Shown here: positions 46,969 to 54,489 of the stretch, piece after piece
Layout: each line of letters starts with the position of its first letter
How positions within the stretch are numbered: the first letter of the stretch is position 1
Assembly (NCBI GenBank): GCA_016929635.1
Contig: JAFGIL010000050.1
Coordinates: 22,067 to 86,066 of the forward strand
From: Endomicrobiales bacterium
Lineage (GTDB): Bacteria > Elusimicrobiota > Endomicrobiia > Endomicrobiales > JAFGIL01
Reading direction: 5' to 3'
Length of the DNA stretch: 64,000 nt
Position numbers and translations under genes: made by a program
The notes under the pieces: model-generated
The model's input: only the letters and a program-made list of their open reading frames with translations
What the model was told of the DNA's origin: nothing
The model's database searches: none

Positions 46969-47865
46969 ATGAATAAGCAATCCGTAAGATATACAAGGCT
47001 TCATGACGTAGATTTTTTTAAGAGAGGTAAGGTTCGCGAAATATATTTTTCTGATGATAATTACTTAATGGTGGCAACAGACAGAATTTCCTGTTTTGAT
47101 GTTGTTTTGCCAACAGATATTCCAGATAAAGGTAAGGTCTTAACAAATCTCTCCTTGTTTTGGTTTAAGATTCTGGAAGATATTATTGGTAATCACTTAA
47201 TAACCGCGGATACAGCTAAAATGCCTCAAAATCTTCATAAGTATAAAGATGTGTTAGACGGCCGTTCTATGCTTGTTAAGAAAGCCAAGCCTCTGCCTGT
47301 GGAATGTATTGTTCGCGGATACTTGTCGGGATCTGGCTGGAAAGAGTATATAAAATCAGAGTCAGTTTGCGGAATAAAATTACCATCTGGTCTTAAGGAA
47401 TCGGATAAACTGCCTGAACCAATATTTACCCCTTCAACAAAAGCCGAGTCAGGCCATGATATAAATGTAGCGCAGGATTACGTAGAAAAAGAAATAGGAA
47501 AAGAACTCGCCGACAAAATCAAAAAACTAAGTTTAGATATTTACAAAAAGGCAAGCGGGTACGCTGATTCAAAAGGCATAATCCTTGCTGACACAAAGTT
47601 TGAGTTCGGGTTTTGCGGTGATGAGCTGATTATAATTGATGAGGTATTAACCCCCGATTCTTCACGTTTCTGGCCTAAAGATGAATATGTGCCAGGCAAA
47701 TCCCAGCCTAGTTTTGACAAACAGTTTGTAAGGGATTATTTGGAAACTCTTGACTGGGATAAAACACCTCCGGGCCCGGAACTTCCGGATGATATAGTAA
47801 ACAAAACTTCTGAGAAATATCTGTATGCTTATAAAATACTTACCGGTAAGGAGCTGGGAGTTTAA
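46969..47865 (+). CDS. purC: phosphoribosylaminoimidazole-succinocarboxamide (SAICAR) synthase
   Basis: [39 protein letters not shown] and [12 protein letters not shown]. Confidence 0.9.
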   Translation: MNKQSVRYTRLHDVDFFKRGKVREIYFSDDNYLMVATDRISCFDVVLPTDIPDKGKVLTNLSLFWFKILEDIIGNHLITADTAKMPQNLHKYKDVLDGRSMLVKKAKPLPVECIVRGYLSGSGWKEYIKSESVCGIKLPSGLKESDKLPEPIFTPSTKAESGHDINVAQDYVEKEIGKELADKIKKLSLDIYKKASGYADSKGIILADTKFEFGFCGDELIIIDEVLTPDSSRFWPKDEYVPGKSQPSFDKQFVRDYLETLDWDKTPPGPELPDDIVNKTSEKYLYAYKILTGKELGV

Positions 47866-47874
47866 AAAATACCC

Positions 47875-48234
47875 ATGAACAAAACGATCAAATCTAAGGT
47901 TGAAACAGAAATAAGTCAGGCAATGGCAAAGTTGTTGGAACAAAAAATGGGCGAATACGCCAGCACTGTTACGACAGAGGCTTTAGTCGATACTATAATA
48001 GTACGTTTTAAGGGTATTTTACCTCCCGCAGAAAAAGTTTTGATTAAGAATTATGAAGGCTTAAAGCTTATTAAGGAACTGAAAGAAAAGCTTATAGAAA
48101 AAGCCCGGCCTTCTATGGAAATCATGATAAAGACTATTACTGGTATAGAAGTTGAGGATGTTTATTCGAGTTTTAATGCTGAAGAAAACGAACGGATAGA
48201 AGTGTTTACGTTAAAGGAAAGATTAGAAGAATAA
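47875..48234 (+). CDS. DUF2294 (MpsC-like) family protein, second paralogue
   Basis: Same architecture as 44365-44730: EISQAMAKLLEQKMGEYASTVTTEALVDTIIVRFKGILPPAEKVL. Confidence 0.6.
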   Translation: MNKTIKSKVETEISQAMAKLLEQKMGEYASTVTTEALVDTIIVRFKGILPPAEKVLIKNYEGLKLIKELKEKLIEKARPSMEIMIKTITGIEVEDVYSSFNAEENERIEVFTLKERLEE

Positions 48235-48236
48235 TT

Positions 48237-48827
48237 ATGAAGACACTTTTGATTACTCCTGAAAAATATACTCAAGCAAGAGATCAAAGCATGATACAAA
48301 AAAATCCTCAAGGGGAAAGCCCCGTCATTTGTAAGACAGCTTATATTCATCCTGCATCAGTAATTGTAGGCAATGTTAAAATAGGAAAGAAAGTGTTTGT
48401 GGGCCCGGGTGCAGTAATAAGAGCTGATGAGCCTGGCAGCAAAATAGTAATAGATGATAACTGTAATGTACAGGACAGAGTTGTTATTCATGCGCTTGAG
48501 AAAAGTGTAGTGCAGATAAACAAAAACACATCTTTGGCTCATGGTTCTATTATTCACGGTCCATGTAAGATAGGTAAAAACTGCTTTATCGGTTTTGGAT
48601 CGGTAGTGTTTGATTCGGAACTTAAAAACGGTGTAATCGTAAAACACTTAGCGGTAGTGGAAAAGGCTGTCTTGTCTTCTGCTAAAGTTGTTGAGTCGTC
48701 ACAATTAGTTAATAATAAAAGCGTTTGTGTTAAGTTGAAGCGAACCAATAAAGCTCTGGTTAAGTTTGCTTCAGGTGTTGTGGATATTAATATTAAACTC
48801 GCAAAAGGGTACGGAAAAAAGTCTTGA
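48237..48827 (+). CDS. gamma-class carbonic anhydrase-like left-handed beta-helix protein
   Basis: Hexapeptide repeats with IRADEPGSKIVIDDNCNVQDRVVIHAL and AHGSIIHGP. This is the RADEG...NVQD.V.IH gamma-CA/CcmM N-terminal signature, including the His ligand positions. Confidence 0.75.
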   Translation: MKTLLITPEKYTQARDQSMIQKNPQGESPVICKTAYIHPASVIVGNVKIGKKVFVGPGAVIRADEPGSKIVIDDNCNVQDRVVIHALEKSVVQINKNTSLAHGSIIHGPCKIGKNCFIGFGSVVFDSELKNGVIVKHLAVVEKAVLSSAKVVESSQLVNNKSVCVKLKRTNKALVKFASGVVDINIKLAKGYGKKS

Positions 48828-48855
48828 TGATAAATTTTGTTGTGTGAGGCATAAT

Positions 48856-49944
48856 ATGGCAAAAAAACTATTTATTGCGGCTACAGGAAGCAATGTAGGC
48901 AAAACATCGATAGCGCTGGGTTTAATGTATCTCTTACGGAAAAAATACAAAAGAGTTGGCTTTATTAAGCCTGTTTCCCAGAGATTTGTAGAAGTGTCAA
49001 AAAACAAAGTCGGCGAAGATGCTAGGCTGATGAAAGAGTGCTTTAAGCTTAATTATCAGTTAAGTGACATGAATCCTGTTGTTGTTGAAAAGGGCCTTAC
49101 CACAAAGCACATAAATGGAGAAATCAAGATATCTTTAGAAAATAGAATACAACATGCATATAAACAAATTGAAAAGGATGCTGATTTAGTTTTGATTGAA
49201 GGCAGCGGACACGCCGGGGTCGGATCAGTTATGGGTATGTCAAACGCTCATGTGGCAAGAATGCTTGATGCAAAAGTTATACTGGTTTGTGAAGGCGGGA
49301 TTGGAAGGGCAGTAGACAAGATGTCACTGGATAAAGCGCTTTTCGAACAAAAAGGTTGTCAGATTGCAGGTGTGGTAGTTAATAAAGTATTGCAAACGAA
49401 ATATCAAAAAATTTCAGGTTTACTTAAAAAGTGGTTCAATAAAAATAAAATACCGCTTTGCGGTATCCTGCCATATAGCTCCTGTCTTTCAGTTCCATCT
49501 CTTTTTACTATAGCAAAAGAGATAAAAGCAGTTGTAGAGAACGGTGAAAAGTATTTAGAACAAAATGTCGAAAAAATAATCGTAGGAGCAATGCAGCCGG
49601 ATACACTGCTTGATATATTGAAAAGCATAGATCAAAAAATATTGCTTATTGCTTCCAGTGACAGGGTAGATATTCTTACGGCTGTGTTATCAAAATGCCA
49701 TGCAAATAATAATATTGCGGGTATATTACTTTCAGGTAACAGAGAACTTCCCGAAAGTATTAAAGATATTCTTAAAATAGTAAATATGCCTATTTTAAGA
49801 GCAGATAAAGATGTATATGAGTTAGCGTCTCAAGTTCATGAGTTAACTACTAAAATAACGATTAGGGATACTAATAAAATCAAAACGTTGTATGAACTTG
49901 TTGAGGAATATATGGATATTGATGCTATAAATGAATCATTATAA
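48856..49944 (+). CDS. Pta N-terminal-like protein (CobQ/MinD-type P-loop + DRTGG domain)
   Basis: Start moved to the ATG at 48856. LFIAATGSNVGKTSIALGL, LIEGSGHAGVGS, DRVDILTAVL. There is no phosphotransacetylase catalytic domain. Confidence 0.6.
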   Translation: MAKKLFIAATGSNVGKTSIALGLMYLLRKKYKRVGFIKPVSQRFVEVSKNKVGEDARLMKECFKLNYQLSDMNPVVVEKGLTTKHINGEIKISLENRIQHAYKQIEKDADLVLIEGSGHAGVGSVMGMSNAHVARMLDAKVILVCEGGIGRAVDKMSLDKALFEQKGCQIAGVVVNKVLQTKYQKISGLLKKWFNKNKIPLCGILPYSSCLSVPSLFTIAKEIKAVVENGEKYLEQNVEKIIVGAMQPDTLLDILKSIDQKILLIASSDRVDILTAVLSKCHANNNIAGILLSGNRELPESIKDILKIVNMPILRADKDVYELASQVHELTTKITIRDTNKIKTLYELVEEYMDIDAINESL

Positions 49945-49997
49945 TAATGAATGTAATAAAGTTGCAGGCAAATTTTACTCATAAGTTGCGGTGAAAA

Positions 49998-50024
49998 TTG
50001 ACCCACCCATATCAGGTGGGTCAA
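49998..50024. terminator. 10-bp hairpin TTGACCCACC/GGTGGGTCAA; the T-run is only on the minus-strand side
   Basis: 54 nt after the stop of the DRTGG gene. GAAAA lies on the 5' side and TTCC on the 3' side. Confidence 0.4.
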
Positions 50025-50127
50025 TTCCTGGGCTAAAGCTCTGCAATTACAGAAAATAGCCTATTTATTTTGCCAATCTGATACAAAATTGAATGCGTAT
50101 TTGCTTTGGCATGGGTGTATAAAATAG

Positions 50128-50232
50128 GTTCGAGCTACGTTCACTCGGGGGAGCCATGTTTTAAGCTCGAACTTTCGAGCAAGAGAATTAACCAGCTTTT
50201 ATCCCGCGTGAGGGGCCAAAGCTGGTTTTTTC
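50128..50232 (+). ncRNA. candidate small RNA or attenuator with mutually exclusive helices and an intrinsic terminator
   Basis: GTTCGAGCT (50128-36)/AGCTCGAAC (50164-72) competes with GCTCGAA (50165-71)/TTCGAGC (50174-80). Terminator AACCAGCTTT (50190-99)/AAAGCTGGTT (50218-27), with a T-run running on to 50232. Confidence 0.4.
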
Positions 50233-50248
50233 TTTGACAGTAAATGGG

Positions 50249-50301
50249 CAATGTCACTCCCCGGGAGCAGCCCAAAGGGATTCTCCCGGGGTGGGACATT
50301 G
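50249..50301. repeat. 19-nt inverted repeat
   Basis: CAATGTCACTCCCCGGGAG, 15 nt, CTCCCGGGGTGGGACATTG. 16 of 19 positions are complementary. Confidence 0.6.
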
Positions 50302-50351
50302 GGAATCACGGAATGTAACAGGTTCAAATATAGCCCAAATATGTCTCAATG

Positions 50352-50376
50352 TCTCTAAAATCAATGATTTTAGAGA
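50352..50376. promoter_or_regulatory. perfect 12+1+12 palindrome, operator-like
   Basis: TCTCTAAAATCA-A-TGATTTTAGAGA. It is preceded by ATGTCTC-A-ATGTCTC. GTCTCTG boxes recur at 50480 and 50490, just upstream of tcmP. Confidence 0.45.
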
Positions 50377-50551
50377 TCGAGAATTAACAAGCGATTCAGT
50401 GCAAATCCAACCATTTACCTGCAAATCTTGCCCTACCGCAAAACCTTGCTACTAAATTCTTAAAGTATTTTGATATAATGTCTCTGCTAGTCTCTGTATA
50501 TTCGGAGAATTTGCTATTAACAATTCAAATAGGTATAATTTTATTATAATT

Positions 50552-51658
50552 ATGATTACAACCAACTTTTTTGACCAGCAATCTGATTTAACCGCGTCCA
50601 AAATATTAATTTATCAAAAATATCTTAAAAACTATTTACCGAAGGTTTTGATGCAATATGGCAAATGCTTTATTGCAGACTTTTTTTGTGGTCCTGGAAA
50701 GAATGGAGAAAATCCGGGAAGTCCATTGATACTATTAGATGAGGCAAAGAATATTTTAGAAAGCCCAGTATTACGGCAGAAATGGCCAAATCCAGAAGTA
50801 GTCGTTCTTTTTAGTGATTCAAATAAATCGCATATAGAAAATTTAACTCTTACTCTAAAACAGAGCGATTATCCAAAAGAAATAAAAATAATAGGCCCTA
50901 TTTGTGAAGGGTTTGATTCTATTTTAGAAAAATCCAAGCAAATTTATTCTAGCATAAAGGAACCTAAATTTTTCTTTCTGGATCCATTTACATATTCTGA
51001 AGTTACTATGGAAAATGTTAAGTGCTTAATCGATGTAATTGCAGCAGAGGTTTTACTTTTTCTACCAACATTTCATTCTTTTCGTTTTGTAAAATGTGCA
51101 GACGCGTCTCCAAAACTTAAAGAATTTTTAGAAGCATTTACAACAAAAGGCTGTGCAAATTATTCTGATATATTTGACTTTAATGAATCAATTAGAAGTA
51201 AGCTGCTTTCCGATCTAAACTTAAAGTATGTTAGTGCAATAGGTTTGGATGGTGGAGCAAAAAAGAATGCATTGTTTTATTTAACTAAACATATAACCGG
51301 CAAATTGCTTATGGATAGGCTGGTGTGGAAGATTGCGTATGATGGTGTTACGGTAAAAGCAAAAAAAGATATAGAGCCGACTTTATTTGATTTATCTCCT
51401 TTGTCTGATAATTTTTCTGAAAAGAAGGATTTGATAGAAAATTATGTTAAAGATAAGAAATGTGTAACTAATGTTGAAATCATTGAATTTGTAGCTATAA
51501 ATGGTTTTACTACTAAATATGCAAATGATATATTAAAAGATATGAAAAAGCAGGGTTTGATTCAAGTTGAATATAAAGATAGTAGCAAAACTCATGGTCT
51601 GTATATATCTGATGCACATTGGAATAATGAGCTTTCGATAATAAAATATAAGGAATAA
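50552..51658 (+). CDS. tcmP: three-Cys-motif partner protein TcmP-like (Rossmann methyltransferase-like N-domain + C-terminal wHTH-like domain)
   Basis: FFDQQSDLTASKILIYQKYLKNYL...FIADFFCGPGKNGENPGSPLILL matches my recollection of the TIGR04474 N-terminus. FFLDPFTY is motif IV-like. Immediately followed by a Gp37/Gp68 gene. Confidence 0.65.
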   Translation: MITTNFFDQQSDLTASKILIYQKYLKNYLPKVLMQYGKCFIADFFCGPGKNGENPGSPLILLDEAKNILESPVLRQKWPNPEVVVLFSDSNKSHIENLTLTLKQSDYPKEIKIIGPICEGFDSILEKSKQIYSSIKEPKFFFLDPFTYSEVTMENVKCLIDVIAAEVLLFLPTFHSFRFVKCADASPKLKEFLEAFTTKGCANYSDIFDFNESIRSKLLSDLNLKYVSAIGLDGGAKKNALFYLTKHITGKLLMDRLVWKIAYDGVTVKAKKDIEPTLFDLSPLSDNFSEKKDLIENYVKDKKCVTNVEIIEFVAINGFTTKYANDILKDMKKQGLIQVEYKDSSKTHGLYISDAHWNNELSIIKYKE

Positions 51659-51660
51659 TT

Positions 51661-52380
51661 ATGGGTATAAATTCTTCTATTGAATGGACAGAATCGACAT
51701 GGAATCCGGTAACCGGATGCACAAAAGTGAGTCCGGGATGTAAAAATTGTTATGCTGAACGCATGGCTATGCGTTTGCAGGCAATGGGGCAACCTAATTA
51801 TAAAAATGGGTTTAAGGTTAGCTTACATCCTCATGTGTTAGAGTATCCTCTGAAATGGCAAAAATCTCAAATGATTTTTGTGAATTCCATGAGTGATTTA
51901 TTTCATCCTGATGTTCCGGATGAATTCATTATAAAAGTGTTTAATGTAATGAATGAGGCTCAATGGCATATTTTTCAGGTGCTAACAAAAAGAGCAGAGA
52001 GGTTAGAAAAACTATCCGGGAAACTAAATTGGACTGATAATATATGGATGGGAGTGAGTGTTGAAAATGCATCTTACAGGTATAGAATCGATCATTTAAG
52101 AAAAACTGATGCTGATATAAAATTTATTTCATTTGAGCCTTTACTTGGATCTACAGAAGAGCTTAACTTAACAGGAATTGATTGGGTAATAGTAGGTGGT
52201 GAATCCGGGCCTGGGGCAAGATATATGGATAAGGATTGGGTGATAGAAATTAAAAAACAATGCATCGATTCAAATATAAAATTCTTCTTTAAACAATGGG
52301 GTGGCGTTAACAAAAAGAAAACCGGCAGAGTGCTTGAGGGCAAAACTTGGAGTCAGATGCCAGCCCTAGCATTTACATAA
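51661..52380 (+). CDS. phage Gp37/Gp68 family (DUF5131) three-Cys protein
   Basis: SSIEWTESTWNPVTGCTKVSPGCKNCYAERMA (Cx6Cx2C), IFVNSMSDLFH, FQVLTKR, ISFEPLLG and WVIVGGESGPGAR are the family hallmark blocks. Confidence 0.85.
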   Translation: MGINSSIEWTESTWNPVTGCTKVSPGCKNCYAERMAMRLQAMGQPNYKNGFKVSLHPHVLEYPLKWQKSQMIFVNSMSDLFHPDVPDEFIIKVFNVMNEAQWHIFQVLTKRAERLEKLSGKLNWTDNIWMGVSVENASYRYRIDHLRKTDADIKFISFEPLLGSTEELNLTGIDWVIVGGESGPGARYMDKDWVIEIKKQCIDSNIKFFFKQWGGVNKKKTGRVLEGKTWSQMPALAFT

Positions 52381-52393
52381 AATAGGTTTTTAT

Positions 52394-52759
52394 TTAACCT
52401 TCCTTAATTTCCTTCCACATTTCCTGTTGTTTATTCCAGTCGATTTCTGAAGAAAGTTTGCGTATGGTGTGTTCGCCGAGTTTGGATATGGCGGGCTTTT
52501 CTGCGAGCAGTATTTCTTCCTGTATTTTAGGAGAGAGCAGAAGTAGCTTCAACAGCTGGCATATGCGGCCTCTGCTTAAAGGGATATATTTAAGCAGTCC
52601 TTCCATGCGGCTTATGTTATTATCTTGGCAGAACTTCTGAAGTTGATAGGCTAAAACAAGATGCTTGCGGAGCCTGGGCATTTTGGCAGAAACTTCGGCT
52701 GCCCTGCGTTTGGATTTAAACCTGACAGCGGCAAGGTCTATCTTAAATTCGAACCTCAT
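52394..52759 (-). CDS. ParB/KorB-like HTH-domain protein
   Basis: LSRGRICQLLKLLLLSPKIQEEIL...ISKLGEHTIRKL follows the ParB HTH pattern (srs.vs..LrLL.L.p.iqe.l). ATGA overlap with the upstream recombinase fragment. Confidence 0.5.
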   Translation of the reverse strand: MRFEFKIDLAAVRFKSKRRAAEVSAKMPRLRKHLVLAYQLQKFCQDNNISRMEGLLKYIPLSRGRICQLLKLLLLSPKIQEEILLAEKPAISKLGEHTIRKLSSEIDWNKQQEMWKEIKEG

Positions 52760-53307
52760 CCTGCCCCCTTCTTGACTTCCTCATTCAAAAGCTTTATGCC
52801 GTTTTCGTTCAGCGTTAAACCAAGCGTTCCGGTTTGGGAGTCATAATCTACTTCTTTAAGCAGGAAATCCAGTATACGCTTTTGTTCCGCAGGAAACAGC
52901 GTATCCCATATGGGCGAGGTTATAACCATTGCCCTTTGAAGGTCGCTTTGGTCTATAAGGCTGTCCTGTAATTCAGACTTTTTGGCTTTAAACCTGCTTA
53001 AGGATTGTTCGCTGTCTTTAAGCTCCTCTTTTAAGCTAAGCAGCCTGTTGTTTAAAGAGATATCCTTCGATTTGCTTCTATCCAGCGCCTCTATATGCCT
53101 GCCTAAATCGGAAATTTTACTTTCCAGCCCGGCCTGCTCTTTATTGAGCTTATCTATCTGCTTTTCAAGCGAGCTCTTCAGCTCGTTTACCTGTTCATAT
53201 TTCATGGTAGAAGATTTATCTGCAATTTCTTTTAAACAGTTGATAGCTGCTCTTTCTATTGCAAGCGCATTTAAGGATTTTGTAGGGCAGGTGTCCGTCT
53301 TCAGCGC
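52756..53307 (-). pseudogene. 5'-truncated large serine recombinase (only the Zn-ribbon tail, coiled coil and C-terminal region remain)
   Basis: The frame is open upstream of the annotated Met, back to the stop at 53308-10 (ALKTDTCPTKSLNALAIERAAINCLKEIADKSST-MKYEQ...). A long coiled coil follows, then IWDTLFPAEQKRILDFLLKEVDY. The resolvase catalytic domain is absent. Confidence 0.6.
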
Positions 53308-53346
53308 CTATTGGAATAGTTTGATGTTAAGTTAAGCTAAAGAAAG

Positions 53347-53389
53347 CGGGGGTTCAAGGGGGAATCCTTCCCCCTTGAACCCCCTTTTT
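53347..53389. terminator. very strong 17-bp GC-rich hairpin + T-run, with no gene to terminate
   Basis: GGGGGTTCAAGGGGGAA-TCC-TTCCCCCTTGAACCCCC-TTTTTA. It sits at the truncation point of the recombinase remnant. Confidence 0.55.
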
Positions 53390-53649
53390 AACTCATTTTC
53401 TAAACATTATACAAATGTCACACCGCTCTGTCTACCAATTCGGGGGAACTCTAGACTGATGATTCGGACCCTAACATAAGAAAAATAGCAGAAATAAAGA
53501 AAGAGGTACAAAAGATAAAAAATGACCGCCTGCTGGAGCAAAAAAACGAAGGCGAGGACGAAGATGAGGATTGAAAAAGCTATATTTGATATATGTTTTG
53601 TAAATGTGTATAATTTTGTATAGTTATAGTATAAAACGGAGGGATACAT

Positions 53650-54486
53650 ATGCTAAAAAAATATTCTATATTATTTATATTTGCCGCTCTGGGATTAGGT
53701 TTTGTTGCCTGTGCAAAGAAACAGGTCGTAAAAGAAGAGCCAAAAACTGAAGCCGTAAAGATAGAAGAAAGCGATGATGCGGTTAAATTTATTGATGCTG
53801 CTGGAAATACGGTGAAGGAAATAGAATTAGGAAAAAAAGAAGAATATAAAGATGTGCCAGGTATGACTGGTAAAATAAGGTTTGAGTCTAAGGTATACAA
53901 GGTAGTTCCGGAAAGCAAGGATTATGTTGGAATTGTTGATTTTAAAATTGAAAGAGCATTTGATCTTGCTGTTTCCACTAGGATTTTCAGTTATTATGAT
54001 AGGGAAGGCAATGTTTTGTGGCAGAAAAAGGGTATCGCCAGTCATAATTATGATGATTTCCATGTTAGGATATCCAGCGATGGGAATCGTATTTTTATTG
54101 TAACGCGTAAGCATTTGTATGTAGGTCCGGGAGCACCTTCTTTAAACTGGCCTGTTGTTTATAATCAGAAAGGCGATGTTGTGTGGGCTTTTGGTGAATA
54201 TACAGAAGTTTCACAAATTGCCATTACAAAAAATGGCAAATATGGACTTATACGCGGGGAAAAAAAGGAAAACGGCAAAGAAGTGAGTGGAATACTATTT
54301 TTTGAAATTGATAATAAAAAAACAGAGTTTTTTGAAATAAATATTGACAATTTGGGTGCAATGGGCAGAATATCCGATGATGGTCATGCTACTGTTTATG
54401 ATGTAGATCTCAAAATACTGGATAAGAATTCATGGCCCTTTAAAGTAGAAAGAATTGAAACTACTGTAAAAGAATTCCAGCTTTAA
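53650..54486 (+). CDS. lipoprotein, hypothetical
   Basis: GGAGGG RBS and lipobox LGFVAC. Confidence 0.55.
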   Translation: MLKKYSILFIFAALGLGFVACAKKQVVKEEPKTEAVKIEESDDAVKFIDAAGNTVKEIELGKKEEYKDVPGMTGKIRFESKVYKVVPESKDYVGIVDFKIERAFDLAVSTRIFSYYDREGNVLWQKKGIASHNYDDFHVRISSDGNRIFIVTRKHLYVGPGAPSLNWPVVYNQKGDVVWAFGEYTEVSQIAITKNGKYGLIRGEKKENGKEVSGILFFEIDNKKTEFFEINIDNLGAMGRISDDGHATVYDVDLKILDKNSWPFKVERIETTVKEFQL

Positions 54487-54489
54487 AAC

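Noticed and set aside
50128-50136. GGTTCGAGC, also at about 56379-56387, considered as tRNA/tmRNA T-arm fragments marking attL/attR of a larger island (50.1-56.4 kb)
   Set aside because: Neither copy is followed by a complementary T-stem or acceptor sequence. The shared string is only 9 nt, so it is likely chance.
50234-50455. 73-aa plus-strand ORF
   Set aside because: It runs through the 19-nt inverted repeat and the 25-nt palindrome. It has a TTG start, no RBS and odd composition.
52982-53335. 117-aa plus-strand ORF
   Set aside because: It is antisense to the serine-recombinase remnant. Its Ser/Leu-rich sequence is low complexity.
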